This document shows, in pieces, positions 1 to 8,996 of a stretch of 64,000 bases of DNA (its first letter is position 1; each line of letters begins with the position of its first letter). This stretch comes from a virus. Both the position numbers and the translations under genes were made by a program. The stretch covers positions 1 to 64,000 of IMG/VR virus record IMGVR_UViG_3300008262_000017. One strand, written 5' to 3'. The notes under the pieces are model-generated. The model saw only the letters and a program-made list of their open reading frames with translations, did no database searches and was not told the DNA's origin.

Positions 1-981
1 CTTAAGAAAGCAGGACACAATGTTCAAGTTATTTCTGGCCCTGAAGATATTCCTTCTGCCACTACTCCTGGCGCTTTCCTTAATTTTGGTGGTACCAACA
101 TATATAAGTCAGCACAGGTGGAGCAGATCGGTCGCTTATTTTGCAACGGAAGCATTTGCGCCAATGATCACTTCATATTTACTGATGCTTGGCATCCTGG
201 CATCATCAATCTCAAGTACATGAGCGAACTGCTGGGCATTCCAGTCGTTACACACGGCTTATGGCATGCTGGCAGTTATGATCCTCAAGACTTTTTAGGA
301 CGACTAGTAGGAGACAAGCCTTGGGTTAGACACGCTGAGAAGAGTTTTTATCATGCGTTTGATCATAACTACTTTGCTACAGATTTTCACATTGACATGT
401 TCTTTAAGAACTTGTTTAGTGACGAGAACTTAGCATATTTTGGCAACAAAGTTGTGCGTACAGGCTGGCCTATGGAATATATGCAAGATACTCTTGCACC
501 TTATAAAGGCATGAAGAAACGAGACATGATCTTGTTTCCGCACCGTATTGCTCCAGAGAAGCAAGTTGAAATTTTTAGAGACTTAGCTAAACATCTGCCA
601 CAATACGAGTTTGTTGTTTGTCAAGATAAACAACTTACTAAGCATGAGTATCATACACTGTTAGGTGAAGCTAAAATGGTGTTTAGTGCTAACTTGCAAG
701 AAACATTAGGTATTAGCTGGTATGAAGGTGCTATTGTAGATGCTATTCCTATGGTGCCTGATAGACTCAGCTACAGTGAAATGGCATTTGACACATTCAA
801 ATATCCAAGTAAATGGACTGAAAGTTATGATGCATATACAGTATATCGTCCTGACATTTGTCGTGCTATTATGACACATATGGATTACTACAATACTAGA
901 TTGCCGCAAATACAAAAACAAGTGGAATCATTACATGAGCAATTCTTCTCAGCAACCAACCTCATCAAACGATTTGTTTAA
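1..981 (+). CDS. GT-B fold glycosyltransferase (5'-truncated by window edge)
   Basis: The frame is open from base 1 (LKKAGHNVQVISGP...). It has HAGSYD and FPHRIAPEKQ motifs and a C-terminal QETLGISWYEG motif resembling the E-x7-E nucleotide-sugar binding motif of GT4-type enzymes. Confidence 0.75.
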   Translation, partial: LKKAGHNVQVISGPEDIPSATTPGAFLNFGGTNIYKSAQVEQIGRLFCNGSICANDHFIFTDAWHPGIINLKYMSELLGIPVVTHGLWHAGSYDPQDFLGRLVGDKPWVRHAEKSFYHAFDHNYFATDFHIDMFFKNLFSDENLAYFGNKVVRTGWPMEYMQDTLAPYKGMKKRDMILFPHRIAPEKQVEIFRDLAKHLPQYEFVVCQDKQLTKHEYHTLLGEAKMVFSANLQETLGISWYEGAIVDAIPMVPDRLSYSEMAFDTFKYPSKWTESYDAYTVYRPDICRAIMTHMDYYNTRLPQIQKQVESLHEQFFSATNLIKRFV

Positions 982-1345
982 TGATGTTACTATAATATTA
1001 TCAGATGATGTTGTAGTAGGAGATATTACTATTCCTACATACAGTGGAATAGGATCGTATACTACAGCATCATCGATGAATAGTATGAATAGTATGAATA
1101 CTATAACACTGACAAGCGGTGGTGCTGTAGGATCATCTTATTCAATAAACGATACTATTACGCTTAACACTGATTATCAGTTTAACTGGGGTGATGCAGA
1201 AGAATGGATTGATTCGTTTCCAGATTGGCAACGTGTGCAGGACATGTGTAAAAAATATCCCGGATTAGAAATTGCACTGCGTAACTTTCAAACTGTATAT
1301 ACACTTGTAAAGGATGATTATGATAATCCAAAAGATGAAAAATAA
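935..1345 (+). CDS. Hypothetical protein, S/T-rich N-terminus with KYPGL C-terminal helix
   Basis: ORF fills the gap between neighbours; start is uncertain; shares a KYPxL motif with 1762..2130. Confidence 0.6.
   Translation: MSNSSQQPTSSNDLFNDVTIILSDDVVVGDITIPTYSGIGSYTTASSMNSMNSMNTITLTSGGAVGSSYSINDTITLNTDYQFNWGDAEEWIDSFPDWQRVQDMCKKYPGLEIALRNFQTVYTLVKDDYDNPKDEK
1076..1102 (+). repeat. 9-bp tandem repeat (ATGAATAGT x2 + ATGAATACT)
   Basis: Read directly; encodes MNSMNSMNT in frame. Confidence 0.85.
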
Positions 1346-1799
1346 GTTTTTTCAGTTAATGGAAAGACTAGGCAGAAAACGAATTGTATTAGATAGAGAA
1401 TCAAATGAGCCTTACCTCGAACGTTATTACCTGTTTCTTAAAGATAGAAAGCACTTCCCCTTTAATATCTTTTTGCACAAGTTCCTTAAATCAGATCCCG
1501 ATGATGTGCATGATCATCCATGGCCTTACGCTACTCTAATACTAAAAGGCGGATATTATGAATGGCTTCCTCAATTTAACAACAAAAGCGAAAAAATTGG
1601 CGAGATTGCAGTGTGGAGAGCTCCTGGTCATTTTCGTATTTGTAGTGCTAATAGTTATCACAGGATTGAGTTAGATCCTAACGTAGAATGTTGGACACTG
1701 TTTATGCCAGGTCCTCAAAAACGAGAGTGGGGATTTCTCGTAAAGAATAAATGGATACACAATGACCAATACCTACAAAGTCGTAAACCCATCAACTAA
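1335..1799 (+). CDS. Cupin-fold (metal-binding) protein
   Basis: HDHPW...LKGGYYE...HRIEL...WTLF cupin signature; ATG at 1335 preferred over 1314. Confidence 0.7.
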   Translation: MKNKFFQLMERLGRKRIVLDRESNEPYLERYYLFLKDRKHFPFNIFLHKFLKSDPDDVHDHPWPYATLILKGGYYEWLPQFNNKSEKIGEIAVWRAPGHFRICSANSYHRIELDPNVECWTLFMPGPQKREWGFLVKNKWIHNDQYLQSRKPIN

Positions 1800-2130
1800 T
1801 TATACATATACTACCAGTGGTACAGCTGGACAATTTTTAACGAGCGGATCAAACGGCACTACTTGGGCTACGTCACCTAACTATACCATAGGCGACGGAA
1901 TAATGAAGGTAAGCGGGGACCCTGCTACGCTAGAAGTTAAAGGTAAAATGGTGCTTAACGGACAAGACTTAGAAGAACGGCTAAAAACAATTGAAAAAGT
2001 CTTGGCAATTCCAGAAAGAGATGTTACACTAGAAGCTAAGTATCCTAGCTTAAAGAAAAAGTTTGATGATTATATCAATGCTTTGGAAAAATATAAAACG
2101 TTTGAACGTGTAAAAGGCACTTATGACTGA
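1762..2130 (+). CDS. Hypothetical phage protein
   Basis: T/G-rich N-terminus, coiled-coil-like LEERLKTIE, and KYPSL helix. Confidence 0.65.
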   Translation: MTNTYKVVNPSTNYTYTTSGTAGQFLTSGSNGTTWATSPNYTIGDGIMKVSGDPATLEVKGKMVLNGQDLEERLKTIEKVLAIPERDVTLEAKYPSLKKKFDDYINALEKYKTFERVKGTYD

Positions 2131-2371
2131 CGAAAAGAAAACTCCTGAAATTATCTTTGCACCTGGCTGTTTCGATAGTTTTGAAGGCACTCAAGAAGAA
2201 CTTAATGAACTTATGTCTGAAATTCAGAGAATGGCAGAATCTGGAGAATTATTTGAAAACGCTAAAGCTCTTGATCTTGACGAGTTAACTGAAGAAGACC
2301 CAGAATTTGCTGAAAAATTAATAACTGGCTTAGACAATATTAACGGTCAAGGAAAAAGAACATTGCAATGA
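2123..2371 (+). CDS. Small acidic hypothetical protein
   Basis: Overlap-coupled ORF; FAPGCFDSFEGTQEEL motif; E/D-rich. Confidence 0.65.
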   Translation: MTDEKKTPEIIFAPGCFDSFEGTQEELNELMSEIQRMAESGELFENAKALDLDELTEEDPEFAEKLITGLDNINGQGKRTLQ

Positions 2372-2556
2372 AATATGCACTGGGCGCATTTGCGGCAACA
2401 GTAATTTGGGTACTGTTGCTTTTTCTTATTCCTTTTCCTGAGGGTAGAATCTACGATTGTGGAATGGCTGAGTGGCATCCTGATATTCCTCCTAAAGTAA
2501 AAGAGGAATGCAGAAAACAGAGAATGCAACATAAGAAAGATATTATAACTGTATGA
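2368..2556 (+). CDS. Small membrane-anchored protein
   Basis: N-terminal hydrophobic helix followed by YDC...HPD...EECRK; ATGA overlaps on both sides. Confidence 0.65.
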   Translation: MKYALGAFAATVIWVLLLFLIPFPEGRIYDCGMAEWHPDIPPKVKEECRKQRMQHKKDIITV

Positions 2557-3362
2557 TGACATTAGATATTGATATGCCTAAACTTGGATTTATAGGCTTA
2601 GGATTTGTAGGCGAAGCTATTCGAGAACACTACGCTGGATTTGAAAGAATATGTATCGACAATGATCCGTCAAAAGGATATATCGGAACTTACAAAGAAA
2701 TAATGGATGCTGAGGGCATCTTTGTCTGCGTTCCTAGTCCGCAAAGTCTTGATGGATCTTGTAACACAGATATCCTAGAAAGTGTATTAGCTAATCTTAA
2801 AGACTACAAAGGGGTTATTATCAGTAAAGTAACTGCAACACCCGACGTATATGAACGATTAGGTAATCAGTATCCTAACTTAGTACACATTCCGGAGTTT
2901 TTAACTGCTGCCAATGCCAGTGCAGATTATGCAAAAGAAAACTGGGCTATTATAGGCGGTAATGTATTAGCATATCAGCATGAAGCTGAACGTATCATTC
3001 GATATACTAAAGCTCAAGCTGATATTGTTCACTGTTCTATCGGAGAAGCCAGTTTGGTAAAATATGCTATTAATAGTTTCTTATCTACTAAAGTAGTGTT
3101 TATGAATGAGTTGGCAGCTATTGCAGAGCATAACGGATATAATTGGAATAAGGTACGTCGAATGATTTCTATGGACAATAGAATTGGCATCAGTCATACA
3201 CAAGTACCAGGGCCGGATGGCCAATATGGATTTGGAGGCATGTGTTTTCCAAAAGATACTAGTGCCTTATTGTATTACGCAAACACAATAGACATTCACT
3301 TAAATGTTTTGAAAGAAGCAGTTAAGAAAAATACGCTACTTAGGTTGCAAAAACCTAAATAA
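2553..3362 (+). CDS. ugd: UDP-glucose/GDP-mannose dehydrogenase family, short form
   Basis: GLGFVG Rossmann motif, FVCVPSP, PEFL, KY..NSFL..KV.FMNE and catalytic GFGGMCFPKD; at 269 aa it lacks the usual C-terminal domain. Confidence 0.85.
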   Translation: MMTLDIDMPKLGFIGLGFVGEAIREHYAGFERICIDNDPSKGYIGTYKEIMDAEGIFVCVPSPQSLDGSCNTDILESVLANLKDYKGVIISKVTATPDVYERLGNQYPNLVHIPEFLTAANASADYAKENWAIIGGNVLAYQHEAERIIRYTKAQADIVHCSIGEASLVKYAINSFLSTKVVFMNELAAIAEHNGYNWNKVRRMISMDNRIGISHTQVPGPDGQYGFGGMCFPKDTSALLYYANTIDIHLNVLKEAVKKNTLLRLQKPK

Positions 3363-3373
3363 TATAGTACAAT
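3345..3373 (+). promoter_or_regulatory. Putative sigma70-type promoter for folE (TTGCAA-N17-TACAAT), overlapping a CTAAATA late-like box
   Basis: TTGCAA at 3345-3350, TACAAT at 3368-3373, 17-bp spacer; GGAG RBS before ATG 3414. Confidence 0.55.
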
Positions 3374-3413
3374 GTACAACAGTCATCCACGACAATAACT
3401 CGGAGAAATTATA

Positions 3414-4112
3414 ATGGATACAAGTAAAAACCTGTCGCAAGTAATTCGTAATAGAATGCGTAGCGACAACAAACGTTTCTGGGCAGGAGACAATATTAGC
3501 GACTATGTTGACGATAATGTATTGCCAGAATTAATCGACGAAGCAACAGAAGCATTTGAGCAAGTGCTAGATTCTTTGCTTATTGATCGTGAGACTGATC
3601 CCAACTCGCATGGTACAGCGAGACGTCTTGCAAAAATGTACTTCAACGAAATAATGGCAGGAAGATATGAACCAGCACCGGATGCAACAGCGTTTCCAAA
3701 TGATTCAGCGGACCGTTACGAAGGTATGCTTGTTGTTCGTAGCGAGCTTCGCAGTATGTGTAGCCATCATCATCAACCCGTTAGTGGCGTTGCTTATATT
3801 GGTATTATTGCGGCTCAGAAACTCATCGGACTTAGCAAGTATACGAGGATCGCTCAGTGGTGTGCCCGTAGAGGTACTCTCCAGGAGGAACTTTGTAATG
3901 ACATTGCTAGGGAAATCTCAAAAGCAACAGAGTCAGAGAACGTAGCAGTCTACGTTCAAGCAGTGCATGGCTGCTGTGAGAATCGTGGCATTATGGCACA
4001 CTCTAGTCTTACACAGACTACAGTGCTCAAAGGTACGTTCAAAGATGATCCTCATACAAAGAAAGAATTCTTTGATAACATTAAACTGCAACAAGAGTTT
4101 GCACCGAGGTAA
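3414..4112 (+). CDS. folE: GTP cyclohydrolase I
   Basis: SMCSHHHQP, IGLSKYTRI, LQEEL, and HGCCENRG Zn-ligand motifs. Confidence 0.95.
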   Translation: MDTSKNLSQVIRNRMRSDNKRFWAGDNISDYVDDNVLPELIDEATEAFEQVLDSLLIDRETDPNSHGTARRLAKMYFNEIMAGRYEPAPDATAFPNDSADRYEGMLVVRSELRSMCSHHHQPVSGVAYIGIIAAQKLIGLSKYTRIAQWCARRGTLQEELCNDIAREISKATESENVAVYVQAVHGCCENRGIMAHSSLTQTTVLKGTFKDDPHTKKEFFDNIKLQQEFAPR

Positions 4113-4116
4113 TATT

Positions 4117-4620
4117 ATGGCATTTTGGATTGTTAAAACACACTATAAAAAATCATGCGAACAGCATGAACACTATGTTCAACGCAACGGCACAGGACGA
4201 ATCACAGTTAAAGATGGATATCGTTTTTGTACATTCAGGGTAGAAACTGACGACGATAATTTTCCAGAGTTTGAGTTTGTTCAAGTACCTGGCGGTGATG
4301 GTAAAACTGACAGCTTAGATATGTATTCATGCGAAGCTAACAACATTATCAGTTCAGAAATGATCGATATGTTTGATGGAGGTTGCTGGGGTGATACAGA
4401 AATTGAAGGCATTGAAGATGACAACGAAGTTGAAGAGTTACAAGAGTTCATTGACGAAAACGGTGCCTATGCGTTAGAAGATGAAGGCGATTGGTACTTG
4501 GAAGATACTGAAGTTTATATCTGGGGTCCAATTGAAGTTACTAACGAAGACGACGAAACTAATACTCGTATTATCATTGCAGACGAAGATGGCAATGTAA
4601 GTGATTTTGAGGAAGACTAA
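4117..4620 (+). CDS. Highly acidic hypothetical protein
   Basis: GAGG RBS then ATG at 4117 (MAFWIVKTHYKKS); the track start at 3967 overlaps folE. Confidence 0.7.
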   Translation: MAFWIVKTHYKKSCEQHEHYVQRNGTGRITVKDGYRFCTFRVETDDDNFPEFEFVQVPGGDGKTDSLDMYSCEANNIISSEMIDMFDGGCWGDTEIEGIEDDNEVEELQEFIDENGAYALEDEGDWYLEDTEVYIWGPIEVTNEDDETNTRIIIADEDGNVSDFEED

Positions 4621-5153
4621 TGAGTAAAGTATACTTAATTAAACCGTTACATAAGAAAAGCATTTGCTGGCACATTGAAATGTTCCGCGAAAATGCGGAC
4701 GGTAGTATCAGTTGGTTCAATATTGATGATCACTATCGTTGGGGACAAGGTTTTGTTGAAGAAGACCTTGACTGCAATTTACCCTACGAAGGTGACGAAC
4801 AGGCCCATGCTAAAACAGACTGCGGCTGGGGCGCTGAACTAGATGACCAACATGCTTGTTGGTTTGATTTTAGTGATGATATCAGCGAAGAAGAACAAGA
4901 AGAAATTAAACGTTGCTACTTAGAAGGCGATGGTAACGAAGAATGGGAACGTAGTGGTGCCGCTTGGTTATTCGATGCTGAACACTATTGGCAATTAGAA
5001 GATGAATATTTAGTTATTGATGCTCCGTATCAGGTTAGCCTATGCGAAGACGATGGCACAGTTATTGAAGAAAATGTTAAACTACAGTCTCGCTCAGATC
5101 CAAAGACAAGCTGGCCCTGGAGCGTAGATAACCCTAAACCTGAGGACGAATAA
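4620..5153 (+). CDS. Highly acidic hypothetical protein, probable paralog of 4117..4620
   Basis: Similar N-terminus (YLIKPLHKKS vs WIVKTHYKKS) and late W-x-LED motif. Confidence 0.7.
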   Translation: MSKVYLIKPLHKKSICWHIEMFRENADGSISWFNIDDHYRWGQGFVEEDLDCNLPYEGDEQAHAKTDCGWGAELDDQHACWFDFSDDISEEEQEEIKRCYLEGDGNEEWERSGAAWLFDAEHYWQLEDEYLVIDAPYQVSLCEDDGTVIEENVKLQSRSDPKTSWPWSVDNPKPEDE

Positions 5154-5154
5154 A

Positions 5155-5358
5155 ATGAGACAAGAAATTATTAGCGTATTAAAACAACACTTTGAAGCAC
5201 ACATTCTCAAGCATAAAATGAATGTAGATATTATGCTTAGTAATCCTACAGCCATTCATGATCACACAGACCTAATGAGTGCTATCGAAAAAGAAGTAGC
5301 ACTCATGGCAGAGTATCAGGACAAGTTAGAAATAATGAACTCTTATTTTGGAGAATAA
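5155..5358 (+). CDS. Small helical phage protein
   Basis: HKMNVDIMLSNP..I..H.D...AIEKE pattern, recalled from T4-like phages. Confidence 0.65.
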   Translation: MRQEIISVLKQHFEAHILKHKMNVDIMLSNPTAIHDHTDLMSAIEKEVALMAEYQDKLEIMNSYFGE

Positions 5359-5362
5359 TGCT

Positions 5363-5584
5363 ATGGCACGTAAAAAACAGATTGCAGAATTAAAAGAAAA
5401 AGATGAACCTACTGTAGTAGTTGGTTCACATCTAACAGTTATTACACATCCTGACGGAAAAACAGAACTACTTTGGGATGACGAAGCCTTGCTAAGTGAA
5501 GTTAGAGCTGCTATACTAAAAGCAGAAAGTACGATTCCTGCATCGGAAACAAAACCTAAACGTACTCGAAAGGCAAAAGAATGA
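5363..5584 (+). CDS. Hypothetical protein with basic tail
   Basis: GGAG upstream of ATG 5363; GSHLTV...GKTELLWDDEAL. Confidence 0.6.
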   Translation: MARKKQIAELKEKDEPTVVVGSHLTVITHPDGKTELLWDDEALLSEVRAAILKAESTIPASETKPKRTRKAKE

Positions 5585-5892
5585 ACTGGTTTGACAAATG
5601 GGTTGCTAAAAAATGCAAGCAAGCGTGGGAAAACAAAGATAGAGATGAAATAATTGGAGCTAAACAAATGGCAATAGGTATGGGAACGATAGCAGTAGAA
5701 CGTGGCCGACCTGAAGGTGAAGGTCGAATTACTTTTGAGTTAAGCACAGCAGTAGGTGGCAAGATTCTTAATGTGCGGCATTATGATGAACGCAGAGATC
5801 GTCACGATCATCAAACTTATGTTATTCCTACCGGTGAAGACATTGGCGAACGTGTAGCAAAGATTATCAATTTAGAGATGTTTAAACAATGA
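5581..5892 (+). CDS. Hypothetical phage protein
   Basis: ATGA-coupled ORF; AVGGKIL...YD...DR motif. Confidence 0.65.
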   Translation: MNWFDKWVAKKCKQAWENKDRDEIIGAKQMAIGMGTIAVERGRPEGEGRITFELSTAVGGKILNVRHYDERRDRHDHQTYVIPTGEDIGERVAKIINLEMFKQ

Positions 5893-6752
5893 GTAAAATT
5901 AAAATTGCAGAGCTGTTTTACAGCATACAGGGTGAAGGACGCTATATGGGTGTACCTTCTGTGTTTCTACGCACATTTGGTTGTAACTTTAAATGTCAAG
6001 GATTTGGTATGCCTCGAGGAGAAGCAAGCCAAGAAGTCGAAGCTATTGCGGCACGTATTACAGAATTTAAAGATTATAAAGAGCTCCCGCTTGTGTCAAC
6101 TGGTTGTGATAGTTACGCAAGTTGGGATCCTCGTTTTAAAGATCTAAGTCCAATGTTGGAAAGTGATGCCATTGCAGACAGAATCATGGAGATACTGCCC
6201 TTCAATGAGTGGAAAGACGAGCATCTAGTTATCACAGGTGGCGAACCATTACTAGGTTGGCAACGGGCATATCCTGATTTGTTAGATCACCCTAATATGG
6301 CAGGCTTAACAGAGATTACATTTGAAACAAATGGTACTCAACAGTTATCGCCAGAATTTAAAAAGTATTTAAAACAATGGCAAATAAGAAATTGGCATAA
6401 CGGCGGGCCAGTAAAAGAAATTACATTCTCAGTAAGTGCCAAACTTCCATGTTCAGGCGAAAAGTGGGAAGATGCTATCTGTCCAGAAGTAGTTTGTGAA
6501 TATGAACAAGTTGGCACAGCATACTTGAAGTTTGTTATTGCTACCGAAGATGATTTTGATGACGCAGTAACTGCTACACTCGAATTCCGTAAAGCAGGCT
6601 TTAAAGGACATGTTTATCTAATGCCAGTAGGCGGTGTTGAAAGTGTTTATGCACTAAACAATCGCACAGTAGCAGACTTAGCTATGAAACACGGATTGCG
6701 ATATAGTGATAGATTACAAGTGCCGTTATTTAAAAATGAGTGGGGAACCTAA
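5889..6752 (+). CDS. queE: 7-carboxy-7-deazaguanine synthase (radical SAM)
   Basis: ELFYSIQGEG...VFLRTFGCNFKC with a displaced third Cys (GCDSY), VITGGEPLL, FETNGT; lies near folE. Confidence 0.88.
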   Translation: MSKIKIAELFYSIQGEGRYMGVPSVFLRTFGCNFKCQGFGMPRGEASQEVEAIAARITEFKDYKELPLVSTGCDSYASWDPRFKDLSPMLESDAIADRIMEILPFNEWKDEHLVITGGEPLLGWQRAYPDLLDHPNMAGLTEITFETNGTQQLSPEFKKYLKQWQIRNWHNGGPVKEITFSVSAKLPCSGEKWEDAICPEVVCEYEQVGTAYLKFVIATEDDFDDAVTATLEFRKAGFKGHVYLMPVGGVESVYALNNRTVADLAMKHGLRYSDRLQVPLFKNEWGT

Positions 6753-7237
6753 TGATTAAACAATTATTTAAAAAGATCACAGGTATTCAAGCAATTGAAG
6801 ACTTGAAAAAAGAAGCAGACGCGGCAGCAGTTGAAGCAGTTAAGGCAGCGGCAATGGCTAAAGCTGAATCAGATGCGGCCATTGCTGCCGCAAATGCTGA
6901 AATTGAACAAGCAAAAAAACAAGAGGAGGCTGCGAAACTTAGCCCAAAAGAACGTGCCTCTGCCCAAGGGATTCCTTATGTAGCTGTTTTAGATACGCAC
7001 GTCAATAAAGATAATATTAGAAACGGCTTTTTTGAGCTTGACTGGAATGCAGAGTTTGTGTTACAATTGAAACAAACTGGATACGGGTTTGATGGTGATC
7101 CAGAAGAAGAAATTGTTGATCGTTGGTTTCGCGATATTGTAAGAGGCATGCTAGCCGAAGAAGGCATGGATACTACACGCGGTGCTGGTTATATCAATGT
7201 TGTTCCAATTACTAAAGGTAAATCAGAGGTTTCATGA
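6752..7237 (+). CDS. Hypothetical phage protein (Ala-rich helix + FELDWN domain)
   Basis: TAATG coupling to queE; GFFELDWN...GY...EE.VDRWF. Confidence 0.7.
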   Translation: MIKQLFKKITGIQAIEDLKKEADAAAVEAVKAAAMAKAESDAAIAAANAEIEQAKKQEEAAKLSPKERASAQGIPYVAVLDTHVNKDNIRNGFFELDWNAEFVLQLKQTGYGFDGDPEEEIVDRWFRDIVRGMLAEEGMDTTRGAGYINVVPITKGKSEVS

Positions 7238-8253
7238 CATATATTTTAGTTGACACTGCTAACACATTCTTTCGAGCTAGACATACTGTCCGCGGAGATG
7301 CTGACATTAAAGTAGGCATGGCTCTACACATTATGCTTAATAGTGTTAAAAAGGCATGGCAAGATTTTAACGGAGCTCATGTTGTATTCTGCCTCGAAGG
7401 TCGTAGCTGGCGCAAAGACTTTTATAAACCCTACAAAGCAAATCGTGCCGAAACTCGTGCCGCAATGACTGTTAAAGAACAAGAAGAAGATAAATTGTTC
7501 TGGGAAACTTTTGATGCGTTTAAAGATTTTGTAGGAGAGAAGACTAATTGTACTGTACTACGTCATCCGCAACTAGAAGCAGATGATTTAATTGCAGGCT
7601 TCATCCAAGCTCATCCTAACAGTGATCATGTTATCATTTCGACAGACAGTGACTTTCACCAGTTGCTGGCTTCTAACGTCAAACAATACAATGGTGTTGC
7701 AGAAGAAACATATACACTAGAAGGCATCTTTGATAAAAAAGGCAAGCCAGTTAAAGATAAAAAGACAGGCGAACCTAAAGCTGTTCCTAATCCCGAATGG
7801 TTGTTATTTGAAAAGTGTGTTCGAGGTGATACTAGCGACAACGTCTTTTCAGCATATCCCGGTGTGCGTACTAAAGGCAGTAAGAACAAAGTGGGATTAA
7901 CTGAAGCATTTGAAGATCGTAACAGTAAAGGATTTTCGTGGAACAATCTCATGTTGCAACGTTGGGTAGATCACGAAGGTCAAGAACATCGTGTAATAGA
8001 TGACTACAATCGTAATCGTGTACTCATTGACCTTACAGCACAACCCCCTGAGATTAAAACTCTTATTAAAGAAACAATTGATGCAGGTGCTGTTCCTAAA
8101 GAAGTAACTCAAGTCGGTATTAGACTATTAAAATTTTGTCAATTGTATGACATGAAACGTATCATGGATAGTATCCAACAATACGCAGAACCTTTCCAAG
8201 CTAAATTTCCTGAACGAGATGTAACTTGGCGCAAACTAACAGAGACTAACTAA
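7234..8253 (+). CDS. rnh: T4-type RNase H / 5'-3' flap exonuclease
   Basis: LVD...SWRK..Y..YKANR, EADDLIA, STDSDFHQL, GDTSDNV motifs of the FEN/PIN family. Confidence 0.9.
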   Translation: MTYILVDTANTFFRARHTVRGDADIKVGMALHIMLNSVKKAWQDFNGAHVVFCLEGRSWRKDFYKPYKANRAETRAAMTVKEQEEDKLFWETFDAFKDFVGEKTNCTVLRHPQLEADDLIAGFIQAHPNSDHVIISTDSDFHQLLASNVKQYNGVAEETYTLEGIFDKKGKPVKDKKTGEPKAVPNPEWLLFEKCVRGDTSDNVFSAYPGVRTKGSKNKVGLTEAFEDRNSKGFSWNNLMLQRWVDHEGQEHRVIDDYNRNRVLIDLTAQPPEIKTLIKETIDAGAVPKEVTQVGIRLLKFCQLYDMKRIMDSIQQYAEPFQAKFPERDVTWRKLTETN

Positions 8254-8732
8254 TGACAGAAATTCACGCAAAACCTATTGTTGATGGTAAATTTTGGATT
8301 GTAGAACAAGACGGCGAAAAAGTCGGAACGCTACATAAGAAAGAAAACAACAAATTTATTCTAAGTTCTAAAACTGGTGAGAGTTGGTTTAACAAAAAAG
8401 AAGAACTTACAAAGGCATTTGGTAAAAATTTCTTTGGTAGCAAGATCAAAACAACTATTAGTCATCAAGAAGTTAGAGATGTTCATGGATATCCAACTAG
8501 TTGTTATCCGCACAATCCTATGTTTAATGTACAGAAGCGATTGCCATTGTTTACAAAGAGTCCAGAAAGTAAAAGCATCTATTGTGCTGGCTATTACATC
8601 ATTAAATTCGATAAAGGATGGGTTAAAAGCCTTTGTCCTAAGCTAATTACTATTGAACGTTATGAAAGTAAAGGACCGTTCAAAACAGAATTAGAAATGA
8701 AGCAGGTTCTATCAAATGCCAAATCCGATTAA
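8253..8732 (+). CDS. Hypothetical phage protein
   Basis: Coupled ORF; LPLFTKS..SKS.YCAGYY...CPKLIT..RY...GPFKT. Confidence 0.7.
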   Translation: MTEIHAKPIVDGKFWIVEQDGEKVGTLHKKENNKFILSSKTGESWFNKKEELTKAFGKNFFGSKIKTTISHQEVRDVHGYPTSCYPHNPMFNVQKRLPLFTKSPESKSIYCAGYYIIKFDKGWVKSLCPKLITIERYESKGPFKTELEMKQVLSNAKSD

Positions 8733-8961
8733 TACTATTCCTATCCAGCAGTTTTTACAACAAGTAAAGGCTGCTGAATTAAGCCAACAAAAAGAAGTTA
8801 AGATAGATATAAAATCTGCAAAAAATCTTGCTTTTTGTTTAGGTGAAGTTAGTTCTAAACTTCTTATGGACTATGACAAACTTCTTATGGAACTTAAAGA
8901 AGCACAAGGAACTGGCACAGTTTCTGTACAAATGGATGGCGGCGGCTTTTCTAATAATTAA
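8716..8961 (+). CDS. Hypothetical phage protein
   Basis: Helical ORF ending V.MDGGGF. Confidence 0.65.
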   Translation: MPNPINTIPIQQFLQQVKAAELSQQKEVKIDIKSAKNLAFCLGEVSSKLLMDYDKLLMELKEAQGTGTVSVQMDGGGFSNN

Positions 8962-8962
8962 G

Positions 8963-8995
8963 ATAAATATATGCGTACATTAAAAAGGACGCATA
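8963..8995 (+). promoter_or_regulatory. T4-late-like promoter ATAAATA plus hairpin TATGCGT/ACGCATA around the RBS
   Basis: ATAAATA at 8963-8969; inverted repeat 8970-8976/8989-8995 around AAGGA; ATG at 8997. Confidence 0.55.
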
Positions 8996-8996
8996 C

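Noticed and set aside
3967-4116. N-terminal extension of the acidic ORF given in the track
   Set aside because: It overlaps folE by about 145 nt, and a GAGG RBS supports ATG 4117.
5889-6752. Radical SAM as NrdG (anaerobic RNR activase)
   Set aside because: The SIQGEG/FLR/ETNGT motifs and folE proximity fit QueE, and no nrdD is nearby.
8857-8891. 14-bp direct repeat AAACTTCTTATGGA at 21-bp period
   Set aside because: An in-frame heptad duplication (KLLM..KLLM); no evidence for an att site or operator.
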